Notes: a model not told the origin generated them from the sequence alone. A DNA stretch of 63,720 nt, filler included, from Chiloscyllium plagiosum (GCF_004010195.1; 5 parts of 2 records of this genome joined end to end with filler, not necessarily neighbours in it); one strand, 5' to 3'; positions 10,250 through 22,912 are shown, counted from the whole stretch's first letter. Program-made: numbers and translations.

Positions 10250-11990
10250 GAACAAAGAACATAGAAAAGTACAGCACAGAAGGATTATTCCTAAACTGAA
10301 ATAAAATAACCTAACCTATGCACCCCTCAATTCATTGCTATCCATGTGCATGTCCAGCAGTCGCTTAAATGTCCCCAATGACTTCGCTTCGACCACCACT
10401 GCTGGCAATGCATTCCATGCATTCACAACTCTCTGCGTAAAGAACCTACCTCTGATCTTCCTCCTAATATCTTAAAACTATGACCCTTCGTGACAGTCAA
10501 TCCTGCCCTGGGGAAAAGTCTCTGGCTATTGACTCTGTCCATGTCTCTCATTACCTTGTATACCTCAATCGGGTCCCCTCTCTTCATCCTTCTCTCCAGA
10601 GAGAAAAGTCTGAGCTTAGTCAACCTCTCTTCATAAGACAATTCCTCTAGTCAAGGCAATATCCTGGTAAACCTTCTATGCACCCTCATCAAAGCCTCCA
10701 TATCTTTCCTGTAATAGAGCAACCAGAATTGGACACAATATTCTAAGTGTGGTCTCACCAGGATCTTGTAGAGCTGTAGCAAAACCTCACAGCTCTTAAA
10801 CTTGATACCCCTTTTAATGAATGCCAAAACACCATATGCTTTCTTAACAACCCTGTCCACTTGGGTGGCAACTTTGAGGAATCTATGCACTTGAACACCA
10901 AGATCCCTCTGTTCCTCTACACTGCCAAGAATCCTGTCTTTAATTCTATACTCAGCATTTGAGTTCGACCTTCCAAAATGTATCACTTCACATTTATCCA
11001 GGTTGAACTCCATCTGCCATTTCTCAGCCCATTGGCACCTCCAATCTGCAAATTTACTAACCCACCCCTCAACCTCCTCATCCAAGTCACTTATAAAAAC
11101 TACAAAGACCAGAGGCCCAAGAACAGAGCCCTGCAGGACCCCACTCAACAGTGACCTCCAGGCAGAATACTTTCTATCTACAACCACTCTCTGCCTTCTG
11201 CCAGCCAACCAATTCTGAATCCAGATAGCCAAATCTCCATGTATCCCATACCTCCTGACTTTATGAATAAGTCTACCATGGGGAACCTTATCAAATGCCT
11301 TGCTGAAGTCCACAACACCACATCTAATACTTGACCTTCGTTGACCTGTCTCGTCACCTCTTTAAAGAACTCAATAAGATTTGTGAGGCATGACCTGCCC
11401 CTCACAAAGCCATGCTGACTGCCTTTAATCAAGCTCTGCTTTTCCAAATAGTCATAAATCCTATCCCTCAGAATTCTTTCCAAAACTTTGCTGACCACAG
11501 ACGTAAGACTGACTGGTCTGTAATTGCCAGGGATTTCCCTATTACCCTTCTTGAAAAGAGGAACAACATTCACCTCCCTCCAGTCCTCCAGTACGACTCC
11601 TGTGGAGAGTGAGGAAGCAAAGATCTTCACCAGAGGCTTAGCAACCTCCTTTCTTGCTTCCCCGAGCAAAGTTATAGAATCAAAGAGCAACTTAGGATAA
11701 ATCTGGTCTGGCCCTGGGGGCTTCTCAATCTTAATGTTTTCCAAATTTTCCAGCACATCAACTTCATCAATCTTCATCTGTTCAAGCCTGTATCCCAGCT
11801 CCTCAAAGTTCTCATTTATAACAAGGTCCCTTTCCTTGGTGAAAACTAAAGCAAAAAACTCCTTTAGGGCTTTCCCTATCTGCTCAGACTCCACGCACAA
11901 GTTCTCTATGCTATCCCTGACCAGCTCTACCTTCTCCCTAATCAATCTCTTATTCCTCACGTATGAGTAAAATGCCTTTGGGTTCCCTTA
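10250..11990 (-). mobile_element. CR1 LINE, RT domain to 3' end, frameshifted
   Basis: [49 protein letters not shown]. Confidence 0.93.
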
Positions 11991-12595
11991 AGGTAGTTAG
12001 GATAGTGAAGAAGGTGTTTGGTATGCTTTCCTTTGTTGGTCAGAGTATTGAGTACAGGAGTTGTGAGGTTGTGTTGTGGCTGTACAGGACATTGGTTAGG
12101 CCACTTTTGAAATATTGCGTGCAATTCCGATCTCCTTCCGATCGGGACAATGTTGTGAAACGTGAAAGGGTTCAGAAAAAATTCCAAGGAAGTTGTCAGG
12201 GAGAGGTTGAATAAGCTGGGGCTGAGGGGTTACCTTATATAGGTCTATAAAATCATGAGGGGGATGGATAGGATAAATAGACAAAGTGGGGGAGTCCAGA
12301 GCTAGAGGGCATAGGTTTAGGGTGAGAGGGGAAAGATATAAAAGAGACCTAAGGGGCAGCTTTTTCACACAGAGGGTGGTACGTGTATGGAATGAGCTGG
12401 CAGAGGATGTGGTGGAGGCTGGTACAATTGCAACATTTAAGAGGCATTTGGATGGGTATATGAATAGGAAGGGTTTGGAGAGATATGGGTCAGGTGCTGG
12501 CAGGTGGGACTAGATTGGGTTGGGATGTCTGGTTGGCATGGATGAGTTGGGCTGAAGGGTCTGTTTCCATACTGTAAATCTCTATGACTCTATGG
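11991..12595 (+). mobile_element. CR1 3' end, (CTATGACT)n tail subfamily
   Basis: LYRTLVRPLLKYCVQF...ARGHRFRVRGERYKRDLRG; same subfamily as 20526-21092 and 29008-30115. Confidence 0.9.
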
Positions 12596-12697
12596 CTAAA
12601 CTGAAGATAATGTGGAGTGTGAGAGAAAATGAATAATAAATATAAAACCAGACAATAAAAACTTCTATAATTAAATTAAAATAAAGATAGCTCACAC

Positions 12698-12990
12698 AGC
12701 CACCACTCTCTGGGTGAAGAAGTTTCTCCTCATCTCTGTCCGAAATGGTCTCCCCCGTATTTTTAAGCTGTGTCCTCTGGTTTGGCACTCACCCATCAGC
12801 GGAAACATGTTTCCTGCTGCCAGAGTGTCCAATCCTTTAATAATCTTATATGTCTCAATCAGATCCCCTCCCAGTCTTCTAAACTCAAGGGTATACAAGC
12901 CCAGTCGCTCCAGCCTTTCAGCGTAAGGTAGTCCCGCCATTCCAGGAATTGACATCGTGAACCTACGCTGCACTCCCTCAATAGCCAGAA
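12698..12990 (-). mobile_element. CR1 ORF2 C-terminal fragment
   Basis: QRRFT...ERLERLGLYTLEFRRLGGDLIETYK. Confidence 0.88.
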
Positions 12991-13009
12991 GGTAAGAGTG
13001 GAGAACTGA

Positions 13010-13440
13010 TCATAGAATCATAGAATCAAACAGTACAGAGGAGGACTTTCAGCCCATTAAGCCTGTACCACCAAAAATATACTACTACTTATACTAGTCC
13101 TACCTTCCTGCACTAGGCCTATAGACCTCATTCCTGAAGGGCTTCTGCCCAAAACGTCGATTTTCTTGCTCCTCAGATGTTGCCTGACCTGTGCTTTTCC
13201 AGCACCACTCTAATCTTGACTCTGATCTCCAGCATCTGCAGTCCTTAGTTTCGCCTATAGGCCTGAATGTTGTGGTACTTCAGGTACTCATCCAAGTATT
13301 TTTAAAGGTTGCAAGATTCCTGCCTCAACTACTATTCCAGGCATTGCAAACCAGATTCCCATTAATCTCTGGTTGAAAAAGGTTTTCCTCAAATACCCTC
13401 TAAACCTCCTGCCTTTCACCTCAAAATTATGCCCCCTATA
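13010..13440 (-). mobile_element. Old CR1 3' end containing a pLTR mini-element
   Basis: RGHNFEVKGRRFRG..RKTFFNQR; (ATAGAATC)2 tail near 13012. Confidence 0.7.
13129..13252 (+). mobile_element. Penelope pLTR-derived mini-element
   Basis: TSD GCCTATAGACCT (13117-13128) / GCCTATAGGCCT (13253-13264); hammerhead core partly deleted (CCTGAAGGGC...GCCCAAAACGTC). Confidence 0.8.
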
Positions 13441-13964
13441 GTCATCATAACAGGAAAGAAGCAAATGTAAAGCCTTTGATGAGTATTTTATTTCTGACTT
13501 CATAGTAGAATATACAGAAGCATGCCAAGAAGAGTAAAAATAATCTAGAGGCAAAAGGAAGGGAAGAATTTTGAACAGTCACAATCATGAGTGAAAATCC
13601 ACAATCTATTAACAGAGCTAAAAGCTAACAGGTACCCTGGAATGATGCCTTTTTATTTGTTCATGGGATGAGGGTGTCACTAGGTAGACCAGGGTTTTAC
13701 CCTTTCCTAACTGCCCTTGTAAACATCACATCTTTTTTATTGTCCAGTGTTGGATTATAAATAAAGATAATGAAAGCAGACACATTTTCCAGAATGCACA
13801 AATGGTAATATACGTTAAGAATTTAAGAGAAAGATGGCAATAGACTGTATAAGCTGTATCTAAGGAATGAACAAAGATAAATAGATGCTAGACTCATGTT
13901 TTGTCCTGAAAACACATTTTTGAAATGGCCTTTCATTTTTGTTAAGGGTAGAGGCATGTAATGA

Positions 13965-14570
13965 CCATGTTGAAAGACCCTCCAATCGAAAGGAAGTGTT
14001 CCAGAATCTGTGGAATCTTGGAAGATGACCAGTAATGCAACCAATATTTCTTCGGCCACTTCCTTAAGAATCTTGGGATGTAGGTTATTGGGCCCTGGTA
14101 ATTTAATCAGCCATTAATCCTGTCAATTTCCCTACCCCATTTCTCTACTAATACTGATTTCCTTCAGTTTCCCTCTCTCACTTCCCATGTGTTCCCTAAC
14201 ATTTCTAGGATGTTATTTTTTCACCTCCTTTGTGGAGACAGGCCCAAAATGTGTAGTTGCTTGGTCTGCCATCTCTTCGTTCCCCATTATAACCTCCCCT
14301 GTTTTTGACTGTAAGGGACTTACATTTGTCTTCGCTAATCTTTTTCTTTTCACACACTGATGGAAGCTTTTACAATCACTTTTGTAAGTTCCCTGCAAAG
14401 ATATACTCTACTTTCCCTTTCTTAATCTATTCCTTTGTCTTCCTTTGCTGAAGTCTCAACTGCTTCTAATATTCATGATTGCTGCTTTTTTGCCCAATTT
14501 GGAAAATCTTTCTTTGGATCTAATACTATCACTAATTTCCTGTTGGTCATGGTCGGGCCACCCTTCCCTG
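13965..14570 (-). mobile_element. Old CR1 ORF2 mid-region fragment
   Basis: VAEEILVALLVIFQDS.DSG..P.DWRV; KSF..VKRKR..KTNVSPL. Confidence 0.75.
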
Positions 14571-14776
14571 CATTAGGATTTGAAACCATGTATAAAGCTC
14601 TTAGATAAATCATTCTCTTGGAGAAAAAGTTAGAACTCACTTTTTTGTAATTAAAAACCCATGTTCAAGACTGAAGAGTTGCAACTGTTAGGCAAGTAGC
14701 AATAATGGCTGGTAATTAACTAAAAGTAAACCTCCTTTACATCACCCTCATATACTCAGGAATAGTAACGGTCTGG

Positions 14777-15473
14777 AGAACAAAGAATAAACAAAGAAAA
14801 TTTACAGCCCAGGAACAGGCCCTTTGGCCCTCCAAGCCTGAGCCGATCCAAATGTACTGTCGAAACCTGTCGGTCAATTCCTAAGCATCTGTATCCTTCT
14901 GCTCCCCACCTACTCATGCATCTGTCCAGATGCATCTTAAACGAATCTATCGTGACTGCCTCTACCACCTCTGCTGGCAACATGTTCCAAACGCCCACCA
15001 CCATCTGTGTGAAGTACTTGCCGTGTGTATCCCCCTTAAATTTTCCACCTCTCACCTTGAAAGTGTGACCTCTCGTTATTGAATCCTTCACCCTGGGAAA
15101 AAGCTTGTCTCTATCCACCCTGTCTATTCCCTTCATCATTTTGTAAACCTTAATCAGGTCCACCCTCAATCTCCTTTTTTCTAATGAAAATAAAAGTAAC
15201 CTACTCAACCTTTCTTCGTAGCTAGCACCTTCCATACCAGGCAACATCCTTATACCCTCTGCACCCTCTCCAAAGCGTCCACATCCTTTTGGTAATGTGG
15301 CGACCAGAACTGTACAAAGTATTCTAAATGCGGCCGAACCAATGTCTTGTACAATTTTAACATGACCTGCCAGCTCTTATACTCAATACCCCGTCCAATG
15401 AAGGCAAGCATACCATATGCCTTCTTGACCACTCTATCCACCTGTGCAGCAACCTTCAGGGTACAATGGACCT
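14777..15473 (-). mobile_element. CR1 3' end
   Basis: DRVVKKAYGMLAFIGRGIEYKS...RPHLEY.VQFWSPHY. Confidence 0.92.
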
Positions 15474-15573
15474 NNNNNNNNNNNNNNNNNNNNNNNNNNN
15501 NNNNNNNNNNNNNNNNNTTAATTAATTAANNNNNNNNNNNNNNNNNNNNNNNNNNNNNNNNNNNNNNNNNNNN
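15474..15573. other. Artificial 100-bp scaffold spacer (44 N + TTAATTAATTAA + 44 N)
   Basis: Identical construct at 37017-37116, 51665-51764 and 61753-61852. Confidence 0.97.
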
Positions 15574-15760
15574 CCCACCCCCACCCTCCTCGAGCTTATC
15601 TCTCCATGCTTCAGGCTCACTGCCTTTATTCCTGATGAAGGACTTTTGCCCGAAACGTTGATTTCGCTCCTCCTTGGATGCTGCCTGAACTGCTGTGCTC
15701 TTCCAGCACCACTAATCCAGAATCTGGTTTCCAGCATCTGCAGTCATTGTTTTTACCTCA
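15574..15760 (+). mobile_element. Penelope pLTR (third family) with a hammerhead motif at 15628-15663
   Basis: ATTC-CTGATGA-A-GGAC-tttt-GCCC-GAAA-C-GTT-GATT; near-identical inverted copy at 51107-51280. Confidence 0.8.
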
Positions 15761-16762
15761 GTGCCTTGATCTCTTCATCCTTATAAATTAGCAACCAGCC
15801 TTTCCTCTCCAAGGTTCTTAAATATTTTCTTTCTTTATAAAGCAGTTGTCCAACTCATCTGCTCCCCATATTCAAATCTCTCCAAATCAGTTTCTGTACC
15901 TCCTGCAGCAATGAACAACCAAACCAGATGTTTGAGAGTGTTTGCATTCTGGCTGACCCTGAAATTAGCTTTCAATTCTATACCCTCTCCACTACAAAGA
16001 CTGTCTTACATCTACCTCCAGACTTTGTCTGTTTTCACTGCTGCTCATCTTCTGCTAAAGAGCAATTAGGATCAGGCGTAAACCATTTTGCACCAGAGGC
16101 CTGTTTCAGCCGAGATACCTTGCCATCTTTAGGTTATTTTCGTGTTCCTTCTGATACCTCTCTTAAATTCCACTTTCTGAATTTCACCACATTAAAAACT
16201 CAGTGCCCCTATCCTATATCAAGTTTCATTCTCATCATTATGCTCATGGACCTACATAAACTTCAGTCAATGATCAAATTGAAAACTCTCAGCTCTTTAA
16301 AAAGTCTTTCAAAATTCCGTTTTCTGTAACATCCTGCAGCCCTCCAAACCCTCTACAAATTCTTCACTGTTCTGTTTCCCAACCAAAGTCTGCACACATC
16401 TCCCTTGGCCCATATTATTGGCAAAAATGCTGTCAGCTGCTTTGCTTTCTTCTTCTGAAATTCCTTTCTTGAACTATTTTCATTTTAATTATCCTTAGGA
16501 AAACACTTATTGTGCCAATGTTTTGTTCTCTGCTATGAATCTTTCCTGCTTTCTTTCCATAGTTTCTTCATCCTTACATCTCAATTATTTCACATTACTT
16601 GTGCATGTAAATGTACAATATTATTTTTGATTGTGCAGCATGATATTACAGTAGTTTGTTTTGTATAAGCAAACTGTGAACTATGCTGTCAAACGTGCAG
16701 ACATTACTCTGTACAAATGATAAAGAGTTAAAGAGTTTGACCACTTTCTGCTCCGTCTCCAG

Positions 16763-16955
16763 TGGCAGGCAATATCTCTGACGGTGATTGAGAGAGTTCA
16801 AATTGCAGCTGCAATTCTCGGCTCCTTGTTCCTCATTGCAAGCATTTCCTGGCTCATCTGGTCAACAATCAGCCCATCAGCAAAGTGGCAGAGGCAAGAC
16901 TTACTCTTCCAGATCTGCTATGGAATGTACGGATTCATGGACATTGTCTGCATCG
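16763..16955 (+). CDS. MARCHF4: Internal coding exon (two TM helices) of a membrane-associated RING-CH E3 ubiquitin ligase, MARCH4/9/11 subfamily, best match MARCH4
   Basis: Pyrimidine tract plus AG acceptor (ctttctgctccgtctccAG, 16761-16762) and GTAGG donor at 16956. 193 nt translates to [86 protein letters not shown] resembles MARCH4 more than MARCH9 (from memory; paralogue assignment less certain than family). I did not find the RING-CH or C-terminal exons in the window. Confidence 0.9.
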
Positions 16956-17744
16956 GTAGGTCCTTACTACTGAATCTCTGCATACTTAGCATGGTGTGAA
17001 AATGAATTGAGTGCAGGACATTCAACTTTTGGAGCAAGATCTGAATCTGGTGGGTGTAAGAAGGAAAGTTGAGTGAAATAAGGGAATCTCAACAAAGTCC
17101 AGAGTGAGCATAATTCTGGGAAATGCAGTCTCACTCATAAAGGGCACTAGAAGAACTTCAACAAATGTCTGTTAGGATTACCCTTGATAACTTGCCACAA
17201 CACTTCAAAAAGCATTAAGAATAAAATATAAAACAGGGTTTGGAGTCACATGTCAGCCTGTTTGCTTATTGAATATACCCCTTCTCTGAAGGGCATCATT
17301 AAAATAGTTGGGTTTTAACCCAGGAGGCGCATGTGTGTGTAGAGTACACAACAGTGACAGTTGTAACACAGTTACCCACAAAAGGTTTGTTGAACACATT
17401 TGGGCTCTCTGCAATAAGTGTTTGGCTAGTTCCATTCAACAACCATTTCCTGTAACCCAGCAGTTTGTTTCTTTTCAGGTAATTATCAATTCCTTAGCCA
17501 AGAATGACCTTGCCTCCATCACCTCCTCAAGCAATGCATTCCATACCTTAACCACTTGCTGCAAGAAAATGTTTTCACTCATGTTACCTTTGCTTCTTTT
17601 GCCAGTTATTTTAAATCTTTCCCCTCCACAATCCTTGCACAATTGGGAGCCCTAAATACGCCTCATGTTTTTGACTATCAAATCTATAACAATACGTTTC
17701 TGAATCTTCTGATTTCCAAGGGAACCAACTGAAATCTTCTTAGG

Positions 17745-19215
17745 AATTTGTATCACAGGATTTAGGAGGAGCAGGCCATTCAGACCCTTGAGCCCATTCT
17801 GCTGTTCGAGTTCATGGCTGATGCTATTTTTGTGAATTCTCCCAATGTTCTTTGACATCTTTAATATCTCAAAATCTATTGATCTCTGTCCTGAATATAC
17901 TCAATGATTGAGCCTCCACAGCCCCGAAGCAAGAGAATTACAAAGACTTACCTCTCTTGTGTGAAGAAATTTGTTTTTGGCTCTGTTCAAAATGGCCTAT
18001 CTCCTAGTTTGAGACTGTTTCCGTTGGTTCTACACCCCCAGGCAGCGGTAACATTCTTCCTGCTTCTCAGGTCCTGTAAGAATTTTCAATAAGATCACCT
18101 CTCATTTCTGTAAGCAGTAGAGAATGCAGGCACACTCTCCTCAATTCTTCCTCATCAGACAATCTTGTCATTCCGGGGATCAATCTTGTGAACCTTTGTA
18201 GAACACCCTGTATGTCGAGTATATCCTTCCTTAGGTGAGGAGATCAAAATGCACGCAATACTCTAGGTGGGGTCTCACCAAGGCTTTACATAATTCCAGT
18301 ATGACATATTTACTCCTGTATTTAAATCTTCTTGCAATAAAGGCCAACGTTTCATTTGCCTTTGTAAATGCTTCCTGTACCTGCCTGGTAATTTTCAGTT
18401 GCTCGTGCTTGGAGAAATGTGATGAGGTATGGCATATATTTATTTACTCATTCGTGGGATTCCTTTTATTAATTCATGGGATGTGGACATCATTGACCTG
18501 GTTGGTATTTATTGCCCATCCCTAATTGTCCAAAGGGCATTCGCAAGTCAACTACAATGCTGTGTGTCTGGAGTCACATGTAGGCCAAACCAGGTAAAGA
18601 TGGCAGATTTCCTCCCTTAAAGGACATCAGTGAACCAGATGCCTTGATATTGCAAGTGTTTTCCAGTGCTGTCACATTCCTTGTCTAACATGGATTCTAG
18701 AACTGCATTCAATACTCTAGTTGTGGCCAAACAAATGTTTTGTACGCTTCCAGCACAACCTCCCTGCTCATAAACTAAATCCTTGGCTAATAAAAACAAG
18801 TAGGAGAAAGTGAGGACTCCAGATGCTGGAGATCAGAATGAATAGTGTGGTGCTGATGAAAGGCTTATGCCCAAAACGTTGATTCTCCTGCTCCTCGGAT
18901 GCTATCTGACCTGCTGTGCTTTTCCAATGCCACATTCTCAACTCTAGTAAAGACAAGTATCTCATATGCCTTCTTAACTGCTTTATCTCCATGTCCTAAT
19001 ATTTCAAGGCACCAATGCACACCAAGTGGTATCACATTCCTCTGATCCTTGATGTTTCTGAGGGTCCTACTGTTAGTAGAAGTCATATGAGACACGTCTT
19101 TACTAGAGTCGAGACTGTGGTGCTGGAAAAGCCTCCTTTGCCTTGTTTGACCTGCCCAAGGGCATCATTTCACATTTATCCAAATTGAATTCCACTTGCC
19201 ACTGATCAGTCCATC
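17745..19215 (-). mobile_element. Old CR1 fragments (about 17745-18405 and 18650-19215) with a SINE-like piece between them
   Basis: Antisense ALVRPHLEYCVHF, KAVKKAYEILV motifs. Confidence 0.7.
18803..18943. mobile_element. Penelope pLTR-derived mini-element with inverted parts
   Basis: TSD CTAATAAAAACAAGTA (18787-18802) / CTAGTAAAGACAAGTA (18944-18959); CTGATGAAAGGCTTATGCCCAAAACGTT at 18853-18880. Confidence 0.8.
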
Positions 19216-19219
19216 TGAG

Positions 19220-20145
19220 GTCAGCCTGAGCAACAGAGTGAAAGAGGGCAAACGTCGGAGTGAATAGTCCTAGCTTGGAGCTGAATTTAGGCGTGGAGCT
19301 CCAGAGGTGATGTCATGACATGTCATGTCATGACCGTTGGCTTGGCTGCTGAAGAAGCAGGTTTGCAGACTGAATGAGTGGTGTCTGGAGAGAGATAAAT
19401 TACTTTATTTTGTGGTTGTAGTCTGCTAGGAATAAAGAATGTGAGTGAGAGACCTGAGTCTGGTAACTAGTGGATTAGATTGTATAATCAGTCCCCGGAT
19501 TATTGTCTGTATTTGATAAGGTTGATTTAGTCAATAAAGTTTGCAATGGCAGGAGAACTCAGCCCCATGGAATACTCCTCCTGCAATATGTGGGAAATCA
19601 AGGACACTTCCAGTCTCTATGGTAAGTACAAATGCAATAAGCGTGTTCAGCTGCAGCTCCTGATTTCCACATTAGGCACCTAGAGCTGTGGATGGAGCAT
19701 CAAGAAGATTGAAAATGTTATGGATAGCATGATTGGAGAGCTGGTCACAATCAGTAAGGGCTACACAGACAGAAGAGTTGGATAACCACCAGGAAGTTTG
19801 CATAAGCATTGTCAAACAGTGCAGGAGTCACCTGTAGCCATTCCCCTCTCAACAAGTATAACATTTTGTATACTGTTAGGGGGTTGGCCTCTCTTAGGAA
19901 AGCAGCAGCAGCAGCCAGATCAGTGTCACTATGACTGGAACTGTTGTACAGCAGGGAGAATTGAAGTGGAAGCAAGTAGTGATGGGAAGTCTATAATCAG
20001 GAGCACAGATATGCATGTCTATGGCCACAAGTGAGGCTTCAAGATGGCATGTTTGCCTCCCTGGTGCCAGGCTAAGGATGTCTCTAAACAGGCATAGGAT
20101 ATTTTAAAGTGAGTAACCAGAGGCTGTGATCCATATTGGTTTTAA
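19220..20145 (+). mobile_element. Decayed CR1 5' UTR and ORF1 (Cys motif, coiled coil, start of esterase)
   Basis: Degenerate SSCNMWE...KCNK.VQLQLL, PVAIPLSNKY, GKSIIRSTD, CLPGAR.KDVS motifs, comparable to 61364-61752 and 59965-60400. Confidence 0.65.
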
Positions 20146-20342
20146 AAAAATATTCATTTGTGAGCGTAGCTGGCTGACCAGCATTTTTTTACCTGTTCTT
20201 AGTGGCCATTGAGAAGTGCTGGTGAGCTGTCTTCTTGAACTGTTGCAGTCCACCTGCTGTGGGTTGACCCATGATGCCATTAGAGGGAGAATTCCAGGAT
20301 TTTAACCAAGCAATTAAGAAGGAAGGACATTATGTTTCCAAG

Positions 20343-20510
20343 TTAAGAGTGTGTCACTGGAAAAGCACAGCAGGTCAGGCAGCATCCGAGGAGCAGGAAA
20401 ATTGACGTTTCGGGCCGGAGCCCTTCATCGGATGCTGCCTGACCTGTTGTGCTTTTCCACCAACATACTCTCAACTCTGATCTCCAGCATCTACAGACCT
20501 CGCTGTCTCC
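20343..20510. mobile_element. 168-bp fold-back Penelope pLTR mini-element
   Basis: Perfect 15-bp TSD CATTATGTTTCCAAG (20328-20342, 20511-20525); about 46-bp inverted arms around a hammerhead-like core on the minus strand (20404-20431). Confidence 0.88.
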
Positions 20511-20525
20511 CATTATGTTTCCAAG

Positions 20526-21092
20526 CACAAGCCTGGATATTGTTTCTCTTCAAGAGATGTTTGGGACATTGGTTAGGCTACTTTTGGATTACTGCATTCA
20601 GTCTGGTCTCTCTGCTATAGGAAGGATGTTTTTCAGAAAAGGTTTAAAAGGATGTTGCCAGGGTTGGAGGTTTTGAACTATAGGGAGAGGCTGGGGCTAC
20701 TTTCCCTCGAGCGTCAGAGGCTGAGGAGTGACCTTGTAGAAGTTTATGAAATCATGAAGGGCATGGATAGGGTGAGCAACCAAGGCTAGGGGAGTCCAAA
20801 ACTAGCGGGCACAGGTTTAAGGTGAGAGGGGAAAGATTTAAAAGAGACCTAAGGGGTAACTTTTTCAAGCAGAGGGTGATACATGTATGGAATGAGGTGC
20901 CAGAGGAAGTGGTGAAGGCTGAAACAATTACAACATTTAAAAGGCATCTGGATGATTGTATGAATAGGAAGGATTTAGTGGGATATGCGCCAAATGCTAG
21001 CAAATGGGACGAGATCAGTTCAGGATATCTGGTTGGAATGGATGAGTTGGACTGAAGAGTCTGTTTCCATGCTGAACATCTCTATGACTCTG
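20526..21092 (+). mobile_element. CR1 3' end
   Basis: RGERFKRDLRGNFFKQRVIHVWNEVPEEVV; CTATGACT tail. Confidence 0.85.
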
Positions 21093-21375
21093 GGTCGTGG
21101 AACTGAAATGACTGACCTCCAACAACCATGACCATCTTCCTATGTGCCAGAAATGACTCCAACCAGCAGACTGTTTGCCCCCTGATACTCATTGATTCCA
21201 GTTTTTCTAGCAATACTGGATACCACACTCTGGTCAAATGCAGCCTTGATGTCAAGGGCTTTAACTCTCACCTCACCTCTTTAATTCAGCTCTTTCATCT
21301 GTGTTCGAACCAAGGCTGTAATGAGGGCAGGATGTGGGTGGCTCTGGAGAAATCCAAACTGGGTGTCACTGAGCA

Positions 21376-22800
21376 AGTCATAGAGTCCTACAGCATGGAG
21401 ATGGGCCTTTTGGCCTAAACTGTCCATCCACGCTAACCCCATTTCCCTGCACTTGCCCCATATCCTTCTAATTAATTCCCATCCATGTATTTGTCCAAAT
21501 GCCTTTCAAATGTTGTTAATGTACCCACCTCAATCACTTCTGCTGGCGTGTGCATACCACCCTCTGTATAGAAAAGTTGCTCCTCATGTTTCCTTTTATT
21601 CTTTCCTCTCTAACCTTAAACTGATGCCCTCTAGTCCTCGATTCCCCAACCTTGGAAAAAAAACTGAATGCATTCGCCGTTTCTATGCCTCTCATGATCT
21701 TATACACCTTGAGAAGGGTGCCCCTCAGTCCATTAAGCTCTAAAGACAAAGGTCTGAGCTTGTCCAACCTCTCCCTATAACTCAGACCATTGAGTCCAGG
21801 CAACATACTTGTAAATTGTTTCTACACACTTTCCAGTTTAATAGCATCCTTCCTATAGCAAGGTGACCAAAACTGAACACAGTACTCCAAGTCCAGCCTC
21901 ATCAACGTCCTGTACAATTGCAATATAACTTTCCAACTTCTATACTCAATGACCTGATGAAGGCCAGTGTGCCAAAAGCCTTCTTCATTCTCCTGTCTAC
22001 CTGTGACTCCACTTTCAGAGAACTGTGCACCTAACTCCAATGTCGCTCTGTTCCACTGCACTCCTTAAGGCCCTACCATTCACCATGAAACTCCTGCCTT
22101 GATTTGACTTTCCAAAATGGAAGATCTCACCCTATTCTATATTAAACTCTATTTGCCTTTTCTTGGCCCATCCCCCCAACTGATCATGGTCCTGCTGCAA
22201 TTTCTGAGAACCTTCCTCACATCCACGATACTGCCTATTTTAGTGTCATCAGCAAACTTACTAATCATGCCTTCTACATTCTCATCTAAATCATTGATAT
22301 AGATAACAAACAGCAACGGCGCAGCACCGATCTCTGAGGCACACCACTAGTCACAGGCCTCCAGTCCGACAAGCATCCTTCCATTATTACCCTCTGCTTC
22401 CTACCATCAAGCCAATTGTATATCCAATTTGCCAGCTTGCCCTGGATTCCATGCGACATAACCTTACAGAGCAGCCTACCATGTGTAACCTTATGAAAGG
22501 TCTTACTGAGATTCATATAGAATCGTCAACCCTGCCCTCATCAATGTTCCTGCTCACTTCATCAAAGAACTCAAACAAATTTGTGAGGCATGATCTCCCA
22601 TTCACAAAGACATGCTGACTACTTCTAATCAAACCCTGTCTTTCCAAATGCATGTATATCTTACTCCTCAGAATCTTCTCAAGCAACTTACCTACCACTG
22701 GCTTACTAGTCTATAGTTCCCTGGTTTTCCTTGCAACCCATCTTGAATAATGGTACAACATACACTACCCTCCAGTCTTCTTGGACTTCACCGATGGCTA
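21376..22800 (-). mobile_element. CR1 RT to 3' end
   Basis: VGKLLEKILR..IYMHLE...[27 protein letters not shown]. Confidence 0.88.
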
Positions 22801-22912
22801 ACAATGATGCAAGGTGTTGCTTGATAGCACTATTGAGGATATCATTTGACACTTTGTTGATGATCGAGAGTAGATTGATGGGGTGGTAATTAGCTGGGTT
22901 GGATTTGTCCTG

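Noticed and set aside
15518..15529. TTAATTAATTAA palindrome repeated four times in the window
   Set aside because: Always centred in 44 N + 44 N; an artificial six-frame-stop scaffold linker
15928..16329. 133-aa ORF just upstream of the exon
   Set aside because: No recognisable motif or MARCH similarity; probably a chance ORF in decayed sequence
16784..16999. 71-aa standalone ORF
   Set aside because: It is an internal exon; the true limits are the splice sites at 16763-16955
19311..19333. TGTCATGACATGTCATGTCATGAC palindromic repeat
   Set aside because: Short slippage repeat in a decayed CR1 5' region with no independent support
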